Shown here piece by piece: positions 24,128 through 35,718 of a stretch of DNA of 64,000 bases. The stretch is taken from contig OZ024742.1 of assembly GCA_964016885.1 (NCBI GenBank), positions 18,166,001 through 18,230,000 on the forward strand, written 5' to 3'. Every line of letters starts with the position of its first letter. The first letter of the stretch is position 1. The notes beneath the pieces were generated by a model. It ran no database searches. It was not told where the DNA came from and worked only from the letters and a program-made list of their open reading frames with translations. This stretch comes from Eledone cirrhosa (Eukaryota). The position numbers and the translations under genes were made by a program.

Positions 24128-24745
24128 ATGAAGGCACACACTTCAGCAAGACGCTACCCATGTGAAACATGTGGCAAGAGTTTCTCACAAAATTCCCACC
24201 TTTCAAGGCACATAAGAACACATACAGGGGAAAAACCTTTCCGATGCGAAGTCTGTGGCAAGGGCTTCCCCGAGAATTATACCTTAAAAACCCACATGAA
24301 AACCCATACAGGAGTGAAGCCTTTCCATTGTGATATATGTGAAAAAGATTTTACAGAAAAAGCCACATTGATAAAACATACTCGTAGCCACACAGGGCTG
24401 CGACCTTACAGCTGTGAAACTTGTGGTGATAGTTTTGCAGATCATTCTACTTTAAGAACACACATAAGAATTCACACAGGAGAGAAACCATATCATTGTG
24501 AGATTTGTGGCAAAGATTTTGCAGTACATTCTAATTTTAAAAAACACCTTCGAATCCATGCCCGACAACAAGAATTATTCCAATGTGAAAATTGTGGAGA
24601 GAAATTCTCCCATAGATTTTATTTAATGAAGCATATGGAAACACATGCCCCCAAATCCCTCTCACATCTGCGTTGTCAGATTTGTGGTGATAACTTCCTT
24701 GATAGTGCCGCCTTACAAAGTCATTTAAAGATTCATAATGATTAG
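24128..24745 (+). CDS. C2H2 zinc-finger protein, 7 intact fingers plus a degenerate first finger (paralogue 2)
   Basis: The ORF-track start at 24065 is TTG, and the first in-frame ATG is 24128. Putative intron 22792-23991. Confidence 0.85.
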   Translation: MKAHTSARRYPCETCGKSFSQNSHLSRHIRTHTGEKPFRCEVCGKGFPENYTLKTHMKTHTGVKPFHCDICEKDFTEKATLIKHTRSHTGLRPYSCETCGDSFADHSTLRTHIRIHTGEKPYHCEICGKDFAVHSNFKKHLRIHARQQELFQCENCGEKFSHRFYLMKHMETHAPKSLSHLRCQICGDNFLDSAALQSHLKIHND

Positions 24746-24979
24746 TAAATATTTCAGAGACCACTAGCTTTCATGTCAAGAGATAAGTGACAAAAAACAG
24801 AATTTTATAATTAATTGAAAATAAAACTGTGACTATGGCTTACATTAGTTTCCCTAAAGACAAGATCAAATGGTACCGATTCTGGCATTACATGATACTA
24901 GTATCAAGTAGTTAGTACTAAAGTAGAGCGATCAGTGACTTATACTAAACAAGTTCTTCTTAAGTAAATATTAATAATA

Positions 24980-25300
24980 AAATCATGAAAATGTATTGCG
25001 TACAGTGCTCAGGTGCACTACAACTCATCAAAGGTGCATGTATTGTACATAGAATACTGTACAAATGTCAGGAAAGTGAACAATGTATGAGTCATGTAAG
25101 GAGGGGGAATATCAGGTGCAACGTTGGCGAATTTTGGGAAGCATGGAAGTTTTGAAGGATGCAGTGTCCCGACAACTAACAACTGATGTAGGTAGTTTGT
25201 TACATACTTCAGCAACTCTGCATGTGAGAAAATGATTCCAAAAGTCATGGCAGCTGTACTGTTTTATGATTTTGTAAGCATGTCCATGGCTGTTAGATGG
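24980..25300 (-). mobile_element. CR1-like LINE 3' end
   Basis: HGHAYKI...FLTCRVAEVCNKLPTSVVSCRDTASFK. Same family as 47490-48110. Confidence 0.8.
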
Positions 25301-26885
25301 CAAATGAGAAGAGTCATTAGAATATCAGATAGAATGCTTTGTATTATTTGTTCCAGCTCTCTGCTCTCTGAGTTGAAATCCCACTGAAGTCAACTTTGCT
25401 TTACATTCTTTTGAGGTTGATAAAAAAAAATGTACCAGTCCCAGTACTGGGATTAATTCTTCCTCTACATTTCTTACTTTCTCATTTCCTCTCACTGGAA
25501 GAAATTAGCTGTGTTCAAACCTGGAGAGTGATGGACAGTTTCAAATGTCATGGCAGCACCTCTACAACTCCACCAGGAGTTCCGAGTTCATACCTACATA
25601 CAAAGTAAATATTTATTATTCTTATTTTTAAGGATTAATCTGGGATTGAATGAAAAATATGTCATCATCGTTTAACGTTTGTTTACCCTGCTAGGAAGAG
25701 TATGTTTGTTTTGAAATTAAGTGTAAATGCAGGCACAAATGGCATAAATGAAGAATATCAAAATTATATTTGACATAGTGTAAAATATTTTAAGTAGAAA
25801 TTATGATATAATTTTTTTTTTAACAAAAAGGAAATTTCTTTTTAATATATAATGTCAACTATATTTGACAGACAGAAGTTATACAATGATGGAAATATGA
25901 AAAAGAAAGATAAAAACAAAATTAAGTAATGAAAAGAGTGGGGAAGGGGTAAAGAAGGGCAGATCTTGCTGTATAGGAAAGGACTATAAATGTCATAAAT
26001 AAGAGGAAAGGGAGGGGAAAAGGCAGGGGAGAGGGGGATAATTAATTTAGGTAAACTTACTCTGTAGGTATTCAGAAGTAAATGAAACCATTTTTAGATA
26101 TATACTTATTAATTTGAATTTTATTTAACTTAAAATTGAAGAAAGGTTTCCTGCCAGTTGTTTTTGCCCATAAAATCTGTCCAGCAATTCTTTCCTGAGA
26201 TAATATAATGATAATATAGTGAAATTATTGTGTACAGTGCTCAGGTGCACTACAATATTGAGAAAATATAATGATATTGAGATAATATAATTGTTTCTAC
26301 TTTTGGCACAAGGCCAGCAATTATCCCAGTGTATTACTGGTACTTTATTTTATCGACCCTGTGAGGATGAAAGGCAAAGTTAACCTCGGCAGGATTTGAA
26401 TTCAGACCATAAAGGACCGTAACTCTTTGCTGCAAAGCATGGCGTCCGACCCTCTACCAATACTGCCAATCCACTGCCCTGTATTGAGATAATATAATGA
26501 TAATATAATGAAATTATTGTGTACAGTGCTCAGGTGCACTACTACATTGAGAAAATTAGGTAAAAAAAAGCAGTCAGAGACAGTTTTTTCTATAAGTAAG
26601 ATTAATTTACCCAATGTTCTCAAGTATTATCTACAGAGACCAATTGTTGTTAGTTTCGACATTTGGAATCTCATATTTTCAAATAAACATTAGCAGGTTT
26701 TGGAGAGAGATAATATGACATCTTGTCTGTGTAACAGATAATCTTTTATAGAAAAGTATCTTTCTCACTCACATATATATATTTACAGGAAAATTATGAA
26801 TATCAGATGGCAAATGTATATATATCATTATATCCGCTTTTCCATGCTTGCATGGGTTGGACAAAAAAAAAAAACACATTGTAGA

Positions 26886-26959
26886 AGGCTCCAGAGGGAT
26901 TTGAACACTTGACCTCCAGTTTACTAGACTGGTGCTCTAACCAACTGAGCTATGGGGCC
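26886..26959 (-). tRNA. tRNA-Thr(AGT), likely pseudogene
   Basis: GGCCCCATAGCTCAGTTGGTTAGAGCA-CCAGT-CTAGTAA-ACTGG...TTCAAATCCCTCTGGAGCCT. One acceptor-stem and two T-stem mismatches. A T-run terminator lies ~10 nt downstream. Confidence 0.75.
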
Positions 26960-29221
26960 ACAAGATGCTTTATTATGTATCCTAACTATTAAATAAATAG
27001 CATCTGTTACAATAGCCATCTGTTACAAACAACATTTTCTCTGTAGGACTTAAATGGAAAGGTGATAGCTTTAATACAGAAATACCATTAAACAATGATG
27101 ATGAGTATAAGATCAATGTAAAATATTGATCTTGAAGGAAGAATACATGTTTAGAATTAAAATAGGATTCTTTGTGCCTCAAAAGAGAATTAATTTCTCT
27201 CCATCCCTCTTTGTCTAGTTGTCCTTACTCTTCCTCTCCTTTATGGCATTTATAGTCCTGTCCAATGCTGCTTTCTTTTTCTGTATGTTTAACCACATAA
27301 ACAATTCAGTGTCATATGATCCTAGCAGCTGACAATTGTCACCAAATACATTAACATAGCCATTTCACAAGCCATAGAAGAAGCTTGTTTATGGTTCAAC
27401 CTGTTGGTAATAGCAACTACTGCCTCAGGAGTGTTTGATAGGGGCCTTTTGCCAAATAGGGGCACTGAATGGCAATTGCTCCCTACTTTTCAATAATGCA
27501 CTCTCAGATTTAGAAAAATTTACAGATATGTTTAGAATTGTTGCAAATTAGAGTTCTCGCCTGGAATGTTCTAACACCCCCCCCTCTCCCCTCTCCAGTC
27601 CAAAAGCCTGATAACAGGCTTGAGGTACATAATGGCAATGGAACCATCGCAGGATACATAGCAAAGGCAACAGCAGGAAGATGTGAAGCTGGTAAAGTTA
27701 ATCTAAAAACACTGGAACTTACGAAAGAGGTGCTGCTATATTGTAAAGCAGGCTTTAATAAAAGAACATGTTAAGTTGATTATGATTTGATTTAAATTGT
27801 GGGAGAAGGTTTTTTTTTTCTATGAAATTCAACCCTGTTCTATATTTTAACCCTTTAGCATTTAAACCGGCTGTATCTGGCTAGAATTTTCTCACCTCTT
27901 TCTGTTCAAACCAGCTGTAATGGGCCACTCATACTGATGTTAAGGTATTGTTCTCAAAATAAATAATATCAAAATCTCGTAGATTCAATATTATGTGAGA
28001 TAATTATGTCTGGTAAAGCCTTTACCAAGAGAATATAATAGTAAATATAGAAATACTCTCATCAATTGTTTTACAAACACCTCTCCATTATAACTAGCAT
28101 GGGTTGGAATCATGGAATTGTCTCTGTACATGTATTATATTGCAGGTGGTTAAAGTTGTTTTTCCCTAAAAACTTTTGTATTGTGATATATTCTATTAGA
28201 TAAACAGTGTTGTGACAGTCTGGTAGTTTATCACTTTGTTGTGATGAAATAAAAAGCTATAGTTTGTTTATTATTGTTAACAAGCATTGTGTTTTTGATA
28301 CATGAAGAAATATACAGATAAAACATACAATAAATTTTTTATTAGAAATGTAAAGAGTAAAGATTTGGTTGTTTTATATATTACTTTCATTATTGAGGTT
28401 GATAAAATAAAGTCCCAGTCATGTACTTGGTTGATATAATTTACTCTTCCCTCTTGCCAAAATTATTGTCTTACTTCTAAAGCCTGTCTCAGTCCCGGAA
28501 CCTTATTAGGCTGGTGCTTATCCCAGTTTTCTTGGTGTTAAGTGAGAGTACAAGACTTTTCCCTTGAAAGGATGCAAGTCCATCATGGGGTTGAACCCCC
28601 AGGTATTGCTGGTATTAATTTTCAGCAATTTGGAGCAATGTAAAATGAAGTTATACTCAAGAAGACATACAGCCCGGTCCCAGAATTAAACCCACAACAT
28701 TATAATCCTACGTCTAACACCCTAATCACTTGGCCCTGTGCCTTTACAAAATTATTGGCCTTGGTCTAGATAAGAAACCATTTTCATTACTGAGTTCAAA
28801 CATGATACAAGTGATAGAAATGGTGGTGGTATTTAGATGTCACTTGTAGTTTTGGTGTTCAAACCATACCAAAGAAAACTTTGCATTTCATCCTTTCAGG
28901 GTCAATAAAATAGATACCAGTCATGTGCTGATCTAAGTCCAAAGTCTGTGTCAAGACAGGAGTCTCATCAAGCTGGTGCTTATCCCGGTTTCATGTCTTG
29001 AAGTGACTGAGAGTACAAGACTCACCCCAGGACAGGATACCAGTCCATTGCAGGGTTAAATTCCCAGATATTGCTGATAATCATTTTCAGCTGAGTATAC
29101 TGGAGCAACGTGAAATGAAGTGTTTTGCTCAAGAACACAACACACAACCCAGCCCAGGTAAGAAAAAGAAACACAAATGCCATGGTAAGAGGTTGCAGAA
29201 TTCTAGACTGGATTTAATAAC

Positions 29222-31340
29222 CAGGAAATATGTAACAGCTGACCTACCACTGTTCTACAGGAGATATGTAACAAACAGATGACCTACCACTGTTCTACAG
29301 GAGATATGTAACAAACAGATGACCTACCACTGTTCTACAGGAAATATGTAACAGCTGACCTACCACCGTTCTACAGGAGATATGTAACAAACAGATGACC
29401 TACCACTGTTCTACAGGAGATATGTAACAAACAGATGACCTACCACTGTTCTACAGGAGATATGTAACAAACAGATGACCTACCACTGTTCTACAGGAAA
29501 TATGTAACAGCTGACCTACCACCGTTCTACAGGAGATATGTAACAAACAGATGACTTACCACTGTTCTATATGAGATATGTAACAGCTGACCTACCACTG
29601 TTCTATAGGAGATATGTAACAAACAGATGACCTACCACTGTTCTACAGGAAATATGTAACAGCTGACCTACCACTGTTCTACAGGAGATATGTAACAAAC
29701 AGATGACCTACCACCGTTCTACAGGAGATATGTAACAAACAGCTGACCTTCCACTGTTCTACAGGAGATATGTAACAGATGACCTACCACTGTTCTACAG
29801 GAGATATGTAACAAACAGATGACCTACCACTGTTCTACAGGAGATATGTAACAAACAGATGACTTACCACTGTTCTATATGAGATATGTAACAAACAGAT
29901 GACCTTCCACTGTTCTACAGGAGATATGTAACAGATGACCTACCACTGTTCTATATGAGATATATAACAAACAGATGACCTTCCACTGTTCTACAGGAGA
30001 TATGTAACAAACAGATGACCTACCACTGTTCTATATGAGATATATAACAAACAGATGACCTTCCACTGTTCTATATAAGATATGTAACAAACAGATGACC
30101 TACCACTGTTCTACAGGAGATATGTAACAAACAGATGACCTTCCACTGTTCTATATGAGATATGTAACAAACAGATGAGCTACCACTGTTCTACAGGAGA
30201 TATGTAACAAACAGCTTATCTACCACTGTTCTATATGAGATATATAACAAACAGATGACCTTCCACTGTTCTATATGAGATATGTAACAAACAGATGACC
30301 TACCACTGTTCTACAGGAGATATGTAACAAACAGATGACCTTCCACTGTTCTACAGGAGATATGTAACAAACAGATGACCTACCACTGTTCTACAGGAGA
30401 TATGTAACAAACAGCTGACCTACCACTGTTCTACAGGAGATATGTAACAGATGACCTACCACTGTTCTACAGGAGATATGTAACAGATGACCTACCACTG
30501 TTCTACAGGAGATATGTAACAAACAGATGACCTTCCACTGTTCTACAGGAGATATGTAACAAACAGATGACCTTCTACTGTTCTATATGAGATATGTAAC
30601 AAACAGATGACCTTCTACTGTTCTATATGAGATATGTAACAAACAGATGACCTTCTACTGTTCTATATGAGATATGTAACAAACAGATGACCTTCTACTG
30701 TTCTATATGAGATATGTAACAAACAGATGACCTTCTACTGTTCTATATGAGATATGTAACAAACAGCTGATCTACCACTGTTCTATATGAGATATGTAAC
30801 AAACAGATGACCTACCACTGTTCTATATGAGATATGTAACAAACAGATGACCTTCTACTGTTCTATATGAGATATGTAACAAACAGATGACCTAACACTG
30901 TTCTATATGAGATATGTAACAAACAGCTGATCTACCACTGTTCTATATGAGATATGTAACAAACAGCTGATCTACCTCTGTTCTATATGAGATATGTAAC
31001 AAACAGCTGATCTACCACTGTTCTATATGAGATATATAACAAACAGCTGACTACCACTGTTCTATATGAGATATGTAACAGCTGATCTACCACTGTTCTA
31101 TATGAGATATGTAACAGCTGATCTACCACTGTTCTATATGAGATATGTAACAAACAGCTGATCTACCACTGTTCTATATGAGATATGTAACAATCAGATG
31201 ATATACCACTGTTCTATATGAGATATGTAACAATCAGATGATCTACCACTGTTCTATATGAGATATGTAACAATCAGATGATATACCACTGTTCTATATG
31301 AGATATGTAACAATCAGATGATATACCACTGTTCTATATG
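29222..31340. repeat. 40/36-bp minisatellite, roughly 54 copies
   Basis: Unit caggagatatgtaac(aaac)agatgacctaccactgttcta repeated head to tail with no spacers. Confidence 0.97.
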
Positions 31341-31929
31341 AAGTGAATGATAAGTTTGAAATGTTTCAAATTATAAGTCCGTGTCATAATGTTAGAAAGA
31401 AATATTTCTAAAATAACAAGAGAGCACTTGTTCTGTGACAATAGTATACAAAGGATGTGGAAGCATCTATACAAAATCTTGCTAAGTAGCATGAAGAGTT
31501 TAAGGAGAGCCTACAGCTAGTACCACCAATTGAAGGGAAAATTGTAGGGAGGGCTCAGATAAGAAACTGAAGGACATAATTTAAGTGTTAGTAGCAGAGA
31601 AAGTTACAGGACTTGTAGATATTGTCAGCCTAAGCAATACTCACATGTCCTCGGCTGTCAGAACTTATTATCGACTGGATCCCATTGTTAATACAATTCT
31701 ACAACAGCTTAAATGAACAACGCAAAAACATACAAGCCTATATATATATGATAAACTAGCTAACAACAAAAACGATGTCAGAAAACGATACTAGCTTTAG
31801 ATTGACAAAAGCAAAATGGAAAACTAAAGGCTAGCCCAATTGATTTCTACTTTGTCTTTTCCACTTTCATCTTTCTCTATACTTCCTCAGTTATCTCCAC
31901 TGCCAGTCTGAAAACTGAATGGCTCTTTA

Positions 31930-32350
31930 TCATCATCATCACAACTGTGTATATCCGTTCTTCCACGCTAGCATGGGTTAGACGGGTTGTCCTGTTGTGG
32001 GCAGTGTCCAGTCGGCTGACCTTGTCTTGCTCATATGGGAACTGATTCTGGCTTGATTTCTACAGCTGGATGCCCTTCCTAACACCAACCTCATTTACAG
32101 TGAGTGCTGGGTGCTTTTTTCATGGTGCCTACACGTCCACTTTACAGTGTGGGCTGGGTGCTTTTTTGCCGTGGCACCTCCACGACCACTTTGCAGTGGG
32201 AAGGTGTGGCAGTGTATTGTCTATATGCTTCAGCTTCGGCTTGTACCCGTGGGAAGTCAGGTCTTCTGTATTACTGCGAGACGCCAGAGGTTGCGGTTGT
32301 GTGTCATCGCCCTTGAGAAGTGTAATTGGGTAAGGTCGGCTTTTATAACC
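31930..32350 (-). mobile_element. RTE-family 3'UTR fragment
   Basis: Contains tttctacagctggatgcccttcctaacaccaacc and a (cat)n tail, shared with RTE and SINE 3' ends. Confidence 0.7.
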
Positions 32351-32744
32351 TCTTTATGTTTCACATAAATGTATAGTGTTGGATTTAGAACAAATGAGGC
32401 CCTGTACTAGTTAAGTTATGATGCCCCTAAAGGAAGTAACAAATTTGTTTAGCAGGAAGATGGGTTCCCCCTGGCCAACGGGGACCTGTGTTTAAGCACA
32501 CCTAAGCATAATGGTAAAATCCGACACTGTAAATGTATTATTGACACACATGGTAAAATTACTTAATCTTTAACTCTACAAAATACTTCAACAATGCTGA
32601 TCTAGTAACTGTCTCCGTCTCTATCACTCTATAAGTGTTCATAAAATAACCAGGAGCAGTATTTACTGTTGAATCAATGTCCTTTGCTTTTTCCAGCTTC
32701 CATAAACAGAGACATGTGCACGTCGTAAACAATATAACATTCAT

Positions 32745-33418
32745 TACCTTGAAGCTTGGACTCCGGATCTGCGAGCCACATAAATGTCGCTGTGGATCCA
32801 CCGTGGACTCTTTTGGACTCCACCCGCTTTCCTGTTGCCACAGTGCCGGCCGCTTTCCACACCATGCTGCCCTCAACGAGTTCATTAAGCACGGCTTGGA
32901 CGCTGCAGGCTTCCCCTCCCAGCTCGAGCCAGTGGGGCTGGCAAAAGGCTAGATGGCATGACCATATTCCCGTTCCGCGGTGGCAAACCCCTCGTCTGGA
33001 ATGCCACTTGCAGCGACAGTTTCTCCATCCGCAACCTGGTGCAGTCTGCGACTAACCCAGGTACTGCTGCAGGTCAGGCTGAGGAGGCCAAACTCTCCAA
33101 GTACCGGTTGCTCTCCTACAGGTTTGCAGTCGTGCCTTTGGCAGTGAAGACTTCTGGTGTCCTCGGCCCTAGGGTTCCCTCCCTACTCACCACCATAGGT
33201 GCTGAGCTAGCCAGCCACAGGTGAGTCTTGCGAGTTGGAATGGCTCTTCCAGCGCATCTCCCTTATCATCCTCCGAGGAAACAACTTCTCCATCCTGTCC
33301 ACCAAGGCTGTGGGGAGGCCAGCACGTGGGACCCCATTTGCTCACCATACGGATTAATAGGCAAAGTTATAAACTATTGTAAATAAACTTCACATTTATC
33401 TGACAAAAAAAAAAAAAA
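32745..33418 (+). mobile_element. CRE-like non-LTR retrotransposon 3' fragment with poly(A)
   Basis: HKCRCG..VDSFGLHPLSC zinc motif, DGMTIFPFRGGKPLVWNATCSD, PLAVKTSG and WLFQRISL..RGN form a restriction-like endonuclease domain. A-tail at ~33404-33418. Confidence 0.75.
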
Positions 33419-33802
33419 TTTTATTCACAGTTGTATAAATAACATTACAAATCATCGCTGGCATCTCGCCTTACTGAGTGTCAGGTAATGCCCGTGAGGG
33501 TGCTTGGCTGTTCCTGGGCTGTAGCCTCTCCATCACCTGGTAATGTGAGCGTGTTGGCTTGCTTCAAAGGGTTCCGTTGACCCTTGTGGTGTGTTGTAAT
33601 GTACGGCCGATTGTTGCACTTGGTGGTAAATGATCGTTTTTGTCCCGCCCCCTCCTTTTTTCTTTCTCTTTCTCTGGTCATATATTTGGTGTTGTTTTTG
33701 TGAGGTTCCTGGCAATGGTTGGGTTTATATTTGTGCTTATTAATGACATTATATTTGTAATGTTATTCTGAAAGAATTGTGAGATATTAGCAATGTTATT
33801 TA

Positions 33803-33847
<45 letters not shown>

Positions 33848-33938
33848 TTATAAAATTCGTTGAAATATGAAAAAATATATATTAGCTTCCATGTAACATT
33901 ACAAATTGCTCAACACTCTTTCAGAATGAGAACATGTG

Positions 33939-34949
33939 TATATATATAAAATTAAGTGTGTGTGTGTCTGTGTATTACCTATAGGGGCCTACATCTTACG
34001 ACCGATTTTCATGAAACTTTACAGGCTCATAGATTAATCATCGGGGAGTGTTTTCTATATATCAGCGTATCGTTTTTTTTATTCCGGGGTCATTCTGCAG
34101 ATAAAAATCGATAGGGGTGGTGGGTGGGGGTCACCTTTTTTTAGATATCGAAAAATAAGATTGTTGGCTCTAGCTCCCACTTTTTGCCATCGATTTCGTT
34201 CAAATGTTAAAGCAAAATAGAATTTATCATTGCACATCCTGTAATGGCTTTATATTTTGCATTTGTTGTTCAGGGACAGCGTGGCAGCCGCTTAAATATT
34301 CAAAAATACCACTTTTAGACTCAAATTTCCACTTTTTCGGCTCTAGTTCCCACATTAATCAACCTACTTTGTTCAAATTTTACACTACGCTAGATCTGAT
34401 TATTTCACGTCTTAAAGTGGCTTTACATCTTGGATTTTTTGTTCAGGAACGGCGTGGCAGCCGCTTAAATATTCGAAAATACCACCTTTTCGATCAAATT
34501 TCCACCTTTTCGGCTCTAGCTCCCTCATTTTTCAACCGATTTCGTTCAAATTCGAAACTTCGGCTCCACCTCACGCATAAACCAATTTATTTGGTTCAAC
34601 TTTTATACTACGATAGAACCTATCATTGCACATCTTATAGCTGGTCAAAGGCAAAACGATGGCCCCTGACGTCGTCTGAGCTTTTAGTTGTGTATTTGAG
34701 AATTCATCGGTTTCCAATCAAGTAGCGTAAGGAAATTTGGCTTAGTGTTAGAGGTCATTACCTCCCTCCCCCAGCATGCCCCTTCGTCAGTCACCCACGT
34801 TTCTCAGTGATAGAAGTCATCACCACCCTCCCCGCATGGCCTGTGTGTGGCCATAGATGAGTCATCGTGAAGCAGTCGCTAAGATCAACACCTTTTCAAC
34901 AAAGAGATATTATTTTACCTACCCAGGCAACGCTGGGTACTGCTGCTAA
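33939..34949 (+). mobile_element. Non-autonomous Helitron-like element
   Basis: 5' tatatataaaattaag(tg)n, internal ~165-bp repeats, and 3' hairpin cccaggcaacgctggg followed by tactgctgCTAA. Confidence 0.7.
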
Positions 34950-35180
34950 TAAACACATAAAATAAATACAATTAACAATGTGGGTGTAATTTAGTGAAGT
35001 AAGACGCTCAAATACTGTGATCTGTCGGCCAGTTACATTTTTCAGCCTGTGACTTTCGAGACGTTTGGGGGAGTCGGGTCGCTGACTGCGAGGTTCCTCT
35101 CTTCACTGGCGGCTCGCTTAATAGAGGTAACTGGCGAGGGCGCTTGATTGTTCCAGCACATTACCCGAGGCAATGCTACG

Positions 35181-35718
35181 AGTGTACTGGCTTGCCTCAA
35201 AAATCATTAGAGAGGTTGCCCGGTACCCCTCGTGACGTTGCTATCTTTTTATCTGGTGTTGGCTCAGTTGTTCATCACTTCCTTTACATTTTCTTTAATA
35301 TTGCAACATTAAAAGAATATATCCTTCTGAAAGAATCACGAGCAATTTATAATTGTTTCTACTTTAGGCACAAGGCCAGAAATTACTCAGTGCATTACTG
35401 GTACTTTATTTTATCGACCCCGTAAGGATGAAAGGCAAAGTCTACCTCGGCAGGATCTGAGTTCAAATCCTGCCGAGGTAGACTTTGCCTTTCATCCTTA
35501 CGGGGTCGATAAAATAAAGTACCAGTAATGCACTGAGTAATTTCTGGCCTTGTGCCTAAAGTAGAAACAATTATAAATTGCTCGTGATTCTTTCAGAAGG
35601 ATATATTCTTTTAATGTTGCAATATTAAAGAAAATGTAAAGGAAGTGATGAACAACTGAGCCAACACCAGATAAAAAGATAGCAACGTCACGAGGGGTAC
35701 CGGGCAAGCCAGTACACT
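35181..35718. repeat. Fold-back palindrome made of a SINE half plus CRE-tail flank
   Basis: Identical translations on both strands (35144+ and 35498-). Centre ggcaggat-ctgagttcaa-atcctgcc at ~35460. Confidence 0.92.

Noticed and set aside
29222-31340. CRISPR-like array of ~40-bp repeats
   Set aside because: No unique spacers, no cas genes, and eukaryotic context. It is a plain minisatellite.
34204-34725. 173-aa ORF inside the Helitron-like element
   Set aside because: Spans internal tandem repeats and has no Rep or helicase motifs.
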